A stretch of DNA of 60,546 nt, filler included, from Basidiobolus meristosporus CBS 931.73 (taxonomy: Eukaryota; Fungi; Basidiobolomycota), in assembly GCA_002104905.1 (NCBI GenBank). It is 3 parts of 3 records of this genome, joined end to end, with 100 filler letters (N's around TTAATTAATTAA, not from the genome) between each part and the next. Parts side by side here need not be neighbours in the genome. Positions count along the whole stretch, not along the records: positions 16,618 to 29,435 come from MCFE01001224.1; positions 29,536 to 60,546 come from MCFE01000843.1; 1 more part is not named here. One strand, 5' to 3'. Made by a program: the position numbers and the translations under genes. Every line of letters begins with the position of its first letter. Positions within the stretch are counted from its first letter, which is position 1. This document shows, piece after piece, positions 24,650 to 37,224 of the stretch. Below the pieces are notes generated by a model. The model was not told the origin of the DNA and did not search any database. It was given only the letters and a program-made list of their open reading frames with translations.

Positions 24650-26350
24650 CATTGACACATATAAGCCACTAAGAATATTGCAAAGCCATCCAGTGTCCAA
24701 CCAAACCCCATTACAGATAGCTGCAGAAGAAGAATTGGACAAAAGCTTGCCATAATGTTCAGTGCAACAGGCAAGGCAACATCTCAAATAGGCCATGTTA
24801 GCAGTGTGCTCATTGATGGTTATAATGCAGACTCTGTAGGCTATTAGTTATATTGGTAAATGAGAATCACTGAAGGATTGCAGGCTTTTCATAATGCTCT
24901 GAAGATGAGAAAGTAGCAAGTGTAGTAACTCTAGTGGATGACTGGTAAGTGACTGTCATTACATTGCCACTACATGAATATGCAAGTCTGCTGTCAGCTC
25001 ACACCAATGCATTGGTGAGGCAATTATGTGCAGTGACTAATAGGATAGATGCAGTGACCCAGAGAGATCAGGGGACAGTTCAAAGGCAGGATTAGTGGGC
25101 AACACCTGGATAGTACTTAATATCCCAGGTAGAGAATGGAGCATCTTTTGCTGCTAAGTAAGATCTCAAGTTGTACAATGTCACAGGCCAGGATTGAGCC
25201 ATATCCAATGTAACAGCAGAGGAACACTGTACAGTATTTGAAGCACAGTATCAGTACTCAATGCTAAAGCCCACAGAATAATTTATCACAGCATGGGAGG
25301 GAGAAACTGTGATATCTATATATCAAAGCCTACAGAAAACCCCAATGCAGCATGGGAAGGAGAAACTGTGATTCATATATAGCAAAGTCCAAAAATTAAA
25401 ATCAATTGAAGATCTATGAAGCTGTGAAATGCAATGAGGACAAGTGGGCTAATATTCAAGTGACTGTGAGAAGTCTAATGCACCATCACCCAAAGACCAG
25501 CACACCATGGTGCTATCAGGAACTAAAGGCCAAACAGAATGAGCTTGACCCATTACATGTGCATTTTCCTGGACTCAAGCACATAAGCCAACTTTGGGCT
25601 AGCATTGCTATGTTAAGTAGATATCCAAATAGCAGTAGAAACTACTGAGGACAGAAGAGCAAGGGTGCCATGGCTAAAAATTGGTGGCATTGTTAAGAGT
25701 CTGTCACAAGCAAGGCTCAAGGCACTGCACTAGCAGGGAAGAAACATCACATAGATGGTGGAGCACCTAGGAGGGACATGTAGGCAGCAGCCAATGCACC
25801 TAGCATTTATCAAGGAAAAATGTAGTACAATTCAAGAAGCACTGAGTCAAAGTAGCAGTGAGGGACCTAGCAGTGATCAATGCAAAGGGAAAGGGAAAAG
25901 CAAAGAATTCTACCAAAGCCGGAGATGGAGAAGTGTGAGAAAAATGCTGCAACTCTCACCATTCAATGCAGTTAACCCAGAGCAGTCAAATCCCATAATA
26001 GTCAAGAAGAACAATTACCAGACAACAGCTACTCCCACTAATGCTTGAAGTGCAGCCAGCTGAGCTGCACTCTAGTGAGGTAGATGTGTTTGCAGAGAAA
26101 GGCAATTTGTCTACCACAGCATCCATGTCCCCACTGTAGACAGAGTGGAGATCCCACTGACAGGCATTGCAACAGTGTTAAGAAATCAGAGGACTATTGT
26201 AATTCCTACATTGGAGTATTGGAACAGTGATAGGTGTAGCAGGAGGTTGCAATGCTTCTTCAAAAGCAGCGCTCAATAAAATGCACTTGAATATAGCAAG
26301 TGTTTATTGCAAAGACTGGCAGATGAGGTGCTAGATCTAGCAGTGCATGC
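24650..26350 (+). mobile_element. ORF-X repeat copy 3
   Basis: 25406-25648 (KIYEAVKCNEDKWANIQVTVRSL..) aligns to 972-1736; VDRVEIPLT motif at ~26135. Confidence 0.7.
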
Positions 26351-26559
26351 TGATTTAACTCTTGTGATGGCCTTTTCACAGGATAATAACAATTATCTCC
26401 CATAGGGAATACATTCCTATATACTTAATCTCAAGATAAATCTGAGTCTAAGCCTGGCCAATATTGCAATGAGTTATAGATATAGTAAGTGTAATTGAAA
26501 GAAGTGATTACACAGCTTCCTATTGATGAGTTGATAAGTTCATAAGCTTGGCATTGTGT

Positions 26560-27741
26560 CCAAATTCATTGACTGCATTTATTCTGAATATTTCCATCAA
26601 AACACAGGTACTAAAAAGATGATTGGTTTCATTCTTGGCCAGAAACCCTCAGGCTCTACATGTAGGTTTTATGGCCTCTCAAAGCATACTGCATCTATCC
26701 ATCCTACAACACCCATGTAAAAGTTCAAAGCCACTTGTGCATTGAACAGATCACCAATTTGAGGTCACAGAACATACTTTTCCCATCAACTTACAGTATT
26801 CCAGAATCCAGTTATGCAAAAGGACATACACATTTTGGGGTGTCCTCATATGAAAAAAGGCATTACCTATACTTGGAGTATAATGCCAGCTTTGCAAAGG
26901 GATTGAACCAATGAGAGCTGTGTGCCTGAGCAGTATATTACTGACATTAGAACAGATTAATTTAGATGATAGCTGAAGGTGAAGAAGCCAGGTAGCCATA
27001 TACACTTATTGAGAGATGCTGAATACCTGATACAAAGCCAGACAGTTGTCCATACAATCTATTATTAGTCATGTGCATGTCAACATAAGTCCTATGGTAT
27101 AGACAGGATATGAATATTGAAATGAAGGGAAAATTGGCTTGCTTTTACTCAGGCATGAGTCTGACAATAAATTCAAAGTGAGATAAGGAGTATGTACTAT
27201 TGTAGACCAATGGAAGATATGTAGCTACCTACAGGAGGTGTTAATCAAAGCTTTTGTCTTCCAAAAGCCAGCTTACTATACAACAGAATTGCTTTCTATT
27301 AGATACAGCTGATCACTTTGGAGAACCAGGTTCCCAGGAATAGCAGTCCGATATGAGATTACCTTTCCTAGGTATATATGTGATATATTACCCAGAAGAA
27401 AGTCCAGCCCAGATTTTGGAATGGCCAATATGCATTTCCATTATCTCTACTTCAGTACTGAATTGGCAGATTCAGATTTGGCCCTTTTCTGGCCCACCAC
27501 TAAAGCCTTTACGTGCAGTCTGTTTACTTTCCACATAAGCAGTGCCTTGGTGTAGATATCTCCCCTGCTCAACCATTGAGTCCTCTACTGAATAGTATCT
27601 CGCAACTGCTCCGACAATTCTCTCGCGAATAGCTGGCCAAAATCCATCCGGGATTTCTTCACCGCGAAAAACATGAGCGATCCTTAGCCCTAGAAATACC
27701 CTGCGTAGCCCTGCAAAACTACAGAATCTCTTGTGACACAA
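26560..27741 (-). pseudogene. Probable decayed non-LTR (LINE) retroelement, C-terminal region
   Basis: Minus-strand frame KPTCRA*GFLAKNETNHLFSTC (~26600-26670) resembles the LINE ORF2 CCHC finger. No RT core recognised. Confidence 0.35.
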
Positions 27742-28075
27742 GGCTTAAATTTCCCTATTGACATAGGCTTACGTTACCCAGTAGATCGGTTGATGTTATT
27801 TAACAACCGCGCCATTTACCTGACAAATAGCCATGAAATCGGGAGAAAGCAGCTGAAGCACCATGCAGACATGAAATCAAATGCATGCGCACTGGATTGG
27901 CCTGGTTTGACGGTGATTGGGTGAGGCAAGCAAGGTTCAATGGGAATCGGATCAAGTTCAATCTAAGTGGCACAACCGTAATGAACCTGAATTGTCATGG
28001 TGTGTCATGATGCCGCACAATCACTCATCCGACCTATATAAGTGGACAGCCCTGCGAAGTGTTGCTAGAACAACA

Positions 28076-29266
28076 TGAGGTTCAACGATCTACCATTCGA
28101 ATGAATATGCACCCCACGCGCAATATCGAGTTCTCCAGGGATCCTCGGTAACCAAGCGCGTCAGCGGTGAACCCATACCACTGACTCGTCCACAGGCCTA
28201 CCTAAGTAAGTGACCGGTCCCGAGCCCTGCCCCAATAGCAGTCCTGACTGATTTAACTTGATTAGACAATTTTCTGTCTGGAGCCCTAGCTCTGGCCCAC
28301 TTCTTTCGCAGTCATGCACCCGTTGGATACACTCAGAAACCCGTATGCAGGCTTCTGGTAGCTCTGGATTCAAGCTGAATTCAATGCTGACTCGGGAAAC
28401 CCTGCGAGCACTAGCAAGGGATTTGTCGCCAGTGTGGCCGGCGCTGGACCCCAGGTATGGATGCACGTGAGCGGTCGGGAATCAGCAAACGACTAACCTA
28501 TTTCTGTCGGAATTGCCAGGGAGGAGCACGACTCGCTACTTACGAGCTCACCAAATCTTTCCTTCTTCACACTCCGTCTTCTTCCACGAGATCCCACCCA
28601 ACTCCCCTGTGGATTCCCACCCTTTCGCCGATACCCGCGTCAGCCATCTCCGCGATTATTGGGGACTTGGCCTCGTCGGTGATCAAGGTTCCCAGAGAGG
28701 TGATCACTGCGCGCCTTCAGACCGACCATTATGGGGGCCAAGGGGCGACGTTCGCCATCCGCCAGATCGTCGGCACAGAAGGGATTTCGGGACTTTTCCG
28801 TGGGTTCTGGAGTACGACCGCTCGTGACGCCCCCTTTATGGTCATCCTCTTCACCACCTACGAGAAGTTCAAGGCGTATCATCACGAGACCACGATACGG
28901 GCGAACAAGGCGATTGACGAGATGTGGGTTCCGGTGGAGCCCAGGATCCCCACTTTCAAATCCACTCTCTACGGCGGGATCTCAGGGGCGCTGGCCGGCT
29001 ACTTGACTACCCCGTTCGACGTGATCAAAACCAAGATCATGACCCAGAAACTGGTCCACGCTTCCTCTTCGATGGCTGATCACACAAAGTCGATATGCCG
29101 TCAAGCAGTTCATACCAACGAGTCGGCACTCCGCAATTCCATCCGGATTTATCAAGCGTTCTTCGTGGGCTCTGTTCCTCGAAGCTCGTGGTGGTTCTGC
29201 GTTTGCAGCATGTTCTTCCCTATATACGAAACGACGAAGGAGTACCTGTCGGTAGAACACCGCTAG
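28076..29266 (+). CDS. Mitochondrial carrier (SLC25), most like the SAM carrier (Sam5/Pet8 group); N-terminus frameshifted in this assembly, start uncertain
   Basis: Three carrier signatures (HPLDTLRTRMQ after indel correction, VPREVITARLQ, TPFDVIKTKIM); introns 28206-28265 and 28455-28519; TATA-like CCTATATAA ~28032. Confidence 0.8.
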
Positions 29267-29435
29267 AATTCCCATCCTCTCAGTATCCATGTAGAAATAG
29301 CCAACCAATTGTCACGATGTAAAAATAGACATTTCTTAATTCAATTAAAGTATTCTACGGAACCTCATCCTAGCTGGCAATGTAGCCGGAGTCTTTCTAA
29401 GGTTGGGGGCATGGGCTCTTGTAGTAAGAGACCAT

Positions 29436-29535
29436 NNNNNNNNNNNNNNNNNNNNNNNNNNNNNNNNNNNNNNNNNNNNTTAATTAATTAANNNNNNNNN
29501 NNNNNNNNNNNNNNNNNNNNNNNNNNNNNNNNNNN
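29436..29535. other. Artificial 100-bp scaffold linker
   Basis: 44 N + TTAATTAATTAA + 44 N. Confidence 0.99.
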
Positions 29536-30369
29536 AACTGACTCACATCTTCACAGTGTATACTATACGGAGCTTCTAGTGAACTTTACGAGAAACAACA
29601 AACAGTTCATTAGGAAATTAGAGGAGGCCTTGAAAGATTTCCTCAACAATCCCAGCAAGAAGATGCTGCACCTGCCCCCAATGAAGGCAATCCAGCGAGC
29701 TGTTGTACACGAGGTTGCAAAATTCTACCAACTGGACTCTGAAAGTGTAGATCTGGAGCCTAAACGCAGTGTAATTCTTCACAAGAACTCTATGCTCTGC
29801 AAAATGTACGATCAATTTGGATTATTTTGTGTAATTATGATGTGTTGACCATTGCCATAGACCACAGCCTTTGATATCGGAATATATCGCCCAGGGCGGC
29901 GGTGTCAATGTTCCAAATGACGAGACAGATGAGATTATTGAGCAAAATGCAATTGAAATACTGGGCTTGGATGACGACCTGGACCCCAATAACCTAGACG
30001 AACTCCTGAAATTGGTTATCGGTCATCGACCGAACCAATATGAATACCGCTGGTAAGCATTTTAATATCCCTCTTTCTTAACCGCTTGTACTTACCTCGT
30101 TCTGTAGGTTAACGGAGAAAGATGTTGCTATAGTTGTTGCAGATACCACCGGCGAAGCTGGAGATGTAGAGCGAAAGGTTCTGAAAGCTGTTGAGCAGCT
30201 CCAATTAGAGCTTGCCTCACTGGCAACAAGTGTAGCACCTCGCGCTGCACCCACAAGGGGCTATCGAAAGACGAGGCAACCGCAACCAGTCCAACTACAA
30301 GAGAATGTGGTGCCAACATGGTCGAGCAATATGTTTGATGCCTTAGAGCCGTCTAACCCTTGGAATTAG
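29536..30369 (+). CDS. FAP1: 3' part of an R3H-domain protein, FAP1/NF-X1-like; 5' end lost in the gap
   Basis: R3H: LHLPPMKAIQRAVVHEVAKFYQLDSESVDLEPKRSV. Introns 29806-29860 and 30053-30107 keep the frame open to TAG at 30367-30369. Confidence 0.75.
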
Positions 30370-30770
30370 AGACCTTCAATCCTAGCTTTACATCCCAATA
30401 TGTTAATTTTAGTAGAAGCCGGGAGTACTCGGTGGAATATAATAAATTCAATCTTACATAAGTACCTACCAGAAAACACTTCTCTTCCCCGCGCCAGAGT
30501 TATCCTGGCATGTTACTCAAGTTTGGAACCACAATTGGTGATTTATTTGTACTCGATTCAAGACGCCTAAGCAGTTTACTGATATAGGAAGACTAAAGCA
30601 GATCGCATCACGTAACAAGAATGCTGTTACAGCTTTGATACCAAGCTGTAGAGAGAGAATAGATAGTGCAAGCATGCTGAAGTCCGAGGTTTTTGTGATT
30701 GTACTATATACAATATGCTGAAGAGAAATATACATGGAATCCGGTTATATATAATACGAGTCGGCCACAT

Positions 30771-31765
30771 TTAAGGAAGCCTAACTTGCGGTGACTGTAA
30801 AGCCTGGGAGTATGAGGGCAGATCTTCTGTTGTCTCCACTGGTGGGGCAATGATCAATGTGCATCTGAGCACAATAGACTTGGTTCTGCTATTAGCCTGG
30901 AACAAGATAAATATCTCCAATTGATGGCTTATCGTGATGAGGTCGTTATTCATGTCTGGCATGATTTTGGGCTGATTTGGGATTTTGATGTAGGCAAGCT
31001 TGCTAACAGACCCCGGTGGGTCGGTCACAAGCTCTTCCATAAGAGGGTACCAGCGCTCCAATGTCACCTTTTTCTTGTTCAGCCTCTCCAGTAGCCCAAA
31101 CCGTATACCCAGGATATTTACGTGTTCAAAGAGCGGCCAAAGATTGAATTCGATAGGCAGCCTTTGCCCCAAGGTGGCCACTTTACGATCAATCATCATC
31201 TGATACTCTAGATACTCAGGCCAACAGTTTCTCATCGTCACCGAGTCGAGAAGATCGATCTCGTTGGCAACATGGAAACGGCTCATCGTTATTTCCTTGT
31301 GTGATCGTGTTCTGATGTTCAGCTGAATTCCGGGGACCTTCAGTTCGGCAACTAGATTGTAGCGAACGGATAGGATGCTCGATATCACCGTCTCGGTCAT
31401 ATCCCCACGCAACGGGATCTCGAACGGAAAGATGTGAGCACCGGCTGGAAGGGTGATGGATCTTTCTTGCTCGACGCCGAGAAGCACGCCGATCCATATG
31501 GTCTGCTTTCTGGCCGACTTTAACGACCATATCTCATGGACTAGATAACAATGCGGTTCGTGTTAGGAACTACGATGATTTGATGCAACTGCTCTGCTTA
31601 ATTACCATGGTTACTCAACTTGAGCTTCAGACTCAGAGTAAGTGATAGAATCTTTTTGGGTCTTCGCAACTCCAGCAATACATGCCCAGTGAGAGGACTA
31701 CTCTGTGCTTCCAGGGGGCCTCCCATGAAGGTTACGTGCGGTTTGGGTAAGTATATTTGCAACAT
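30771..31765 (-). CDS. Alpha-arrestin (ART/Rod1-like ubiquitin-ligase adaptor)
   Basis: Exon 1 from ATG 31765 (LTGHVLLELRRPKKILSLTL); intron 31541-31605; LPAGAHIFPFEIPLRGDMTETV..VRYNLVA; C-terminal LPSY motif. Confidence 0.85.
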
Positions 31766-33874
31766 CTTAGTACCGCCCAATGTAGGTTGTTTAAAAGCCT
31801 AGAAGTCAACACGGTGTGCGAAGGAATGCCACACAGCTCACAGAACAGACCAATGTTTACAATGTGTAGGGCCTTCGAGGGATTTTGCGCACTATTTATA
31901 AACGAGCATCCATTTGTTCGATATGACGATCGTCTTAGTACAAAAGTGGACATGCGAAACCTGGGGCACCCGGGACTCATCGCCAGTTGCCAATCCAATA
32001 CAAGTCGTATCAAGCGCCAGACGTGTGCCCCCGAGTATTTGTGTTCAATAACAGCAAATACCGGATGGGAAAATAAAGTTAAGCGGCCACTGTAGAATCC
32101 CCCTGATTCAACTATTTGATGAATCAAGCCGAGCTCCATTACGGCTTATCGTAGGTGACTAGCCACTCAGAATGGATGAGAAGGTGGGTATAAACTGGCC
32201 CATGACCACTCACACATTGACGCTGGAATCAGAAGTTCCATCAGAAATGAGTTAAGGAACCTGAAATCCAAATGAGTCTTGATCTAGCCTAATTTGACAT
32301 TAAAGTTGGTGCAACGTGAATCATCAAGTTAAGCTTGAATTATCTTGGGCATCAACTCAATCATCATCACGTTGGTTGCAATGAGAAGGCAAGCCATCCG
32401 TGTCACCACTACAAGAAAAATGGGTTCTACTGCTATTCTGCTGCTTGGGTTGATTTTGTAGGAACTGCAGGCTGAACCCAAGATGCCTGATTGATTATCA
32501 ACGAACCGGTACGTTATCAGGTAATCCAAGGGATCTCTAGCTGGCTTTACTGCGTTTACAGTGCCCTATACAAAGGAGGGTTGCCATGTGTCAATGGATA
32601 CGTGATAATGGATAGCGCCCTACCATTGTTAGAAAATTACATTCCCCAAAGATAATACGCACAACCGGAAAACAATCTCACAACATGCATTTCTCCAAAC
32701 CCGATCAAATCCCAAAACTCCGCCATAATGAATGGAAGTCAATGCAAGCAGCTGGTCCTAAAAAGGGGGGACAAACCATGAAAGTACAATCGAGTAAGCC
32801 ACAGCTGATCACGGCCACCTCTGATTTACTGATCCTTTAGTCTGGGAATATGGATCTGTAGGAACTGGCTTCCAACTGTCATGGAATTCGTTCGAGTAAC
32901 ATTCCACTTGCTCTAGAGCTCTAGAGTTTTGCATTCCGGTGTTCCAGAAATTGGCGCTATGGAGCTTACTTCACCGGATACCGGAACATTGCCCCGATTA
33001 GGCGTCCCCTGTATTCCACCCTGAGGTCACCGGGACTTCAGTGGCCGAAGGGACGTACACTCAACATCGAGTCCCAACTCCTCAAATCCTCTGGTGTTCA
33101 GAGCTTCCTCCAATTCTGGAGTTGAAACTCCTCAAATATGGTGGAGCATTCATCACGTTGCCAGCCTGGCTTCAACCTCAAGGCCATCCACTGCTCCGAT
33201 TGGCACTGTCTCTCCTTTCTCTTAGTAGGCACATGACCAGGTTGAGCCGATATTCTCATACAAATCTCACCAATCAGGTCTCGTTGAACGATGGAGTTCC
33301 TGGGACCGATCTTGAATATGGAAATGCTAACATCGTTAAGTGGATTGGTTTATGGATATGATCTCCAGTGGGCATCTTCCAAATTTCCCCATGGCCCACA
33401 TGAGCAGAGTGGCCATACCTGCTTGCAACCAGTTCACTTACGTGATTATCATCAGTATCCTAATGATGCCTGGTCCATGAAAATGGTTATCAAGCAACGT
33501 ACTGCGACACCAGCTGGGCAGTAACCATCTTGGGCTTCACCTACAACTACAACCGGCTTCAAGATATATTCGTACAAATGGAAAGCAGGGGTGGGCTGCA
33601 AACGTGAACTAGAATTCCCAGAGTTGGTAACTACAACGTATTACTACCGAGAATTCAAGCCAATTCAGTTTGCTGCTTAAAGCTACTGTGAAGACTGAGA
33701 TTGAAGTGGAAGTGAAAGAGGAAGGGTCAGCAAACGACATCCCGTAACGGATAAACTGATTCCGTCAAACTTAACTGATATGACCCTGCAGAAAAAACCA
33801 CACCACAGTGCACAATCTTATTTCTTTTCAGAATTTATTTATGATCAAAGGATGGAAATCAGGGACTCGGAGAT

Positions 33875-34297
33875 TTACCATCCACCCCCTCCGTTCCATC
33901 CGTCGGGTCCACCACCGCCGTTCCATCCGTCAGGTCCACCACCGCCATTCCATCCTCCATCACCATTCCAGCCACCATCTCCATTCCACCCGTTAGCATA
34001 AACAATTCTGGTACCGCCGTTTCCACCACCGCCACCACCGTTGTTGTTGTTGCTGCTGCTGCTGCTACTGCTGCTGGAAGCGCGAGTGCGCTGCCATGGG
34101 AAACCACGTCCACCAGTAAGGACATTGCTGATTGGAGTACTAATGAAATCATCAACAGTAGCAATCGCAACACGAGCAATATCACGAGGGATTCTCAACA
34201 GACGGGGAGTCTGAGGTTCAGGCTCGGCAACAGGAGATGCTTGACTGAAAAGGACCATAGAAATGAGACAGCTGTAGGCAAGGGCTTTCTTCATCAT
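33875..34297 (-). CDS. Secreted glycine-rich repeat protein (140 aa)
   Basis: MMKKALAYSCLISMVLFSQA signal peptide, SPVAEPEPQ pro-like segment, poly-S/N/G tract, five GWNG units. Confidence 0.8.
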   Translation of the reverse strand: MMKKALAYSCLISMVLFSQASPVAEPEPQTPRLLRIPRDIARVAIATVDDFISTPISNVLTGGRGFPWQRTRASSSSSSSSSNNNNGGGGGGNGGTRIVYANGWNGDGGWNGDGGWNGGGGPDGWNGGGGPDGWNGGGGW

Positions 34298-34840
34298 CGT
34301 GATATTGGTCGACAGCGGGGTTGTAGTGGGAAAGGAGCAAACGAGCGGTGAGGAAAAGTGATATCGCACTGCACTTTTATAGGTCTCTGTGGAGAACAAA
34401 GCCCTCCCGAAAGGTATCAAACAGGAGAGTTTGACATTGTATATTGTCATCTACATAATAGTAAGTACGCTTATGCAGACTCCCGATACGAAACATGTTT
34501 GAAACTAGAGAACTCCATTCGCTGGCCTATCATATGTGCCACTAAGATCATTGTAATTTCCGGTTATTGTAATGAAACTCCAAGGTAGAGTGTATCAGCG
34601 GCTTTACCAACTTCAACGTGGACTGGCCTTGAAGTGGGTGAACATGATTAGGAAACACTCCTTTGTTTCATGACCAGAGCCTTGCATCATTGAATAATCC
34701 ACACTCCCCTAACACCCAAGAGTCTGATTCAAGCCAAAAGCATCATTGATTGTGCATGAGTCGTCAAGTTCCCATTGGTGAGATATTCGGTGAGATTTTA
34801 TTAGAAGATTGGATGAGATGCGAAAACATGAGATTGGGGT

Positions 34841-35212
34841 CTAGCACATACTAATGCGTAGGTGGACTTCCCCTACGGATTTCCCTTTTTTGTTGCTCAA
34901 CACCCACCAGCCTTCGATCCAGCCACGCTGGGCGACTTCTTGTAGGGAAACAATGCAAGATCCAACCTTGTCAGTATCCATACCGAACATTTCACGATCC
35001 AGCAGTTCCACATGTAGGTCTCTGTGATGGTCGTCGAACTTCAGGGTGAAGGTTTCATTGTATACAGGGTTGGCGTCGTTGCGACGCGATGAGGTCTTTT
35101 CCTTGGAGGTGATTCCACGGCCAGTGTAGAGCTTGAAAATGGGATCGATTTTGTCGAACAGATCGTTGTTCTTGAGGTTACGGCCTTCGATGACGGTTAC
35201 TTGAATGGGCAT
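34841..35212 (-). CDS. Stand-alone C2-domain protein (123 aa)
   Basis: VTVIEGRNL..D..DP..KT..NPVYNETF..VELLDRE..DKVG: C2 fold motifs with Ca-binding acidic residues. Confidence 0.88.
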   Translation of the reverse strand: MPIQVTVIEGRNLKNNDLFDKIDPIFKLYTGRGITSKEKTSSRRNDANPVYNETFTLKFDDHHRDLHVELLDREMFGMDTDKVGSCIVSLQEVAQRGWIEGWWVLSNKKGKSVGEVHLRISMC

Positions 35213-37224
35213 GTTGGGGAAGTTGGGAGTGTATACTGTACACCAAGAAATTTTCTTCTATTTAAGCCTTTTCCTAGATTCTTGGACCTGGCATCGAGCT
35301 AGCGCACATAGGTATTTGTAATACATTGACGGTCCAAAACCCAAAGCCTGATTGTGTCCAATTCGCCTCATCCAGGGCAAGCTATATTTAACCGACCGTC
35401 TATTGGTGATGCGCCCTCCTGATTTAGAACCTCCCCTCGAAATGGGTATATGATGACGTGGGACTTCAGGAGTAAGCATGAATTCATGGTATTTAGAAGC
35501 CCCGATCGGCAAATAACACACCTAATCGAAACATCATGGAATTCATGCGCCACGCCACTACCAATTGGATAGCGCCCGGATGGAATGCCTGATCTATTCC
35601 GTGGCTTGGCAGGAAATGGGTGTGTTGCTGCCACCATTTTGCTACTGCCACCTTCAGGCGTATGCTCTGCTCGATATAACAAGGCGGGATCTGATATACT
35701 CATGATAACCCTGGGCATGACCACCACAATGCTAGGCACCAAATATTTGCGTCGCCATATTTAGATCAGGTGCTGCGTACCACACGTCTCCATAGGGATT
35801 CATCGCATACGGGATGCATCTCTTCCGTCATCCGTGACACATTGGATTAGGATCAAGTAGAAAATACTTGTGCATATGCTTGCTCTGCACGCATCTACAT
35901 TCTCCCCCGCACATGGTAGGTGCATACGGCGGAGATATCCATTCATAGCATTCCACAAATAGTCCTGGTGCAAGTCCAAGATACGAATTGATTTGCGGAG
36001 CATAGACTACGCTTCCGCCTTCCTTGCTGGCTGAGACCCAAAAAGCACAAACGATTGGGAAGCCATTCAGTGCCCTTGTGGTTGCAGCCCGCTAGTCATC
36101 ATGCTGTGTAGCACACACACCTCAAGAGGTTTCAAAGCAGTCTTCAGCAATAGCCCTGGACTAATCGGGTGGGAGCCCTTGTTGTGGCGGATGGACAGGT
36201 TTATTCCAACTTGGAATTGAGGTTGGTTTCTTGCATACGTATATGTATCTGGATCATTCTCGAAAATACCCTCACGCTTGTGACTGTATGAGTAGTCGTA
36301 CTATCGCTCATTCTGCACTTCGCCCTAGCCTTGCAACAGGCAATCTGAGCCTGAGAAGTCTGCACCCCAAAATCCTGAAGGGATGATGCTTCTTCGTCTG
36401 GGTTTCTAACATTTGTGTCTCCGGGCTCGGCATGGCGATTGCATTGCTAGGCAAGGTTCTCTTGTCCAAATGAGGTGTAACCATTGTTTAGTGTCGCGAC
36501 AGCCATTCGTACTTCGTATAGCTTGATTCTCCAGCGAAGAGGCTCTCCAAATCAAGCTGCAATAGAGTCTTTGGGTTTTGCTGTTGCGCCTCGTACAGGT
36601 CCTTTCCCAAGAGTCCCAGCTTTCAGAGTTCACTCTTTGTGTCATTATCAGCGCGCGGGTATCATCACTTTGTGTAAAACCCATCCATTTGCTCCACTAG
36701 AGATATTGTGACTTTGTATGTAGAGCTTCGATTTCACAAGTCAACTGATGTTTCTATGCTTGTTGCTTGGGAATTGGTGAATGGGCGGTCCATACAGATA
36801 CTTCGGTGTTCGGCACATGAACCTGTCGGTGTTACTGACTACTGGATACACCCAATACATACAGATTCCATTCGCGGTCTTGTATCGGCTGGTGGGCTCT
36901 CCAAGGGTACCATGCACCATTGGAAAACAATCAATTCTGCGTTCTCCAAACCTCGAGGACAAGCATGTGCATAACCCTGTTTCATTCTCACCATGATATG
37001 TGGCACCTAACAACCGAGGGTTTTACAGCCACTTGGCTGACCATGTAGCCTTCGATTGATGGAGTGGAGCCGGCGATGTTGCTAATACAAAGCATCGTTA
37101 AGCAAGTATTGACCAAGCACTTTGTAACTGATTTGTAACCGTTATACATCAGATCCTAAACAGGCCGATATAAAAGAAATGGATAGTTCGGTGAGTCTGA
37201 CGATCAATCGAGCAGCCGCCAGTT

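Noticed and set aside
32911-32926. Perfect 16-bp palindrome CTCTAGAGCTCTAGAG
   Set aside because: Single occurrence with no linked feature; only a degenerate HSE resemblance.
35258-37013. Several 67-124 aa ORFs between the C2 and PEBP genes
   Set aside because: No recognisable motifs or consistent splice model; the region could hide a real gene but cannot be supported.
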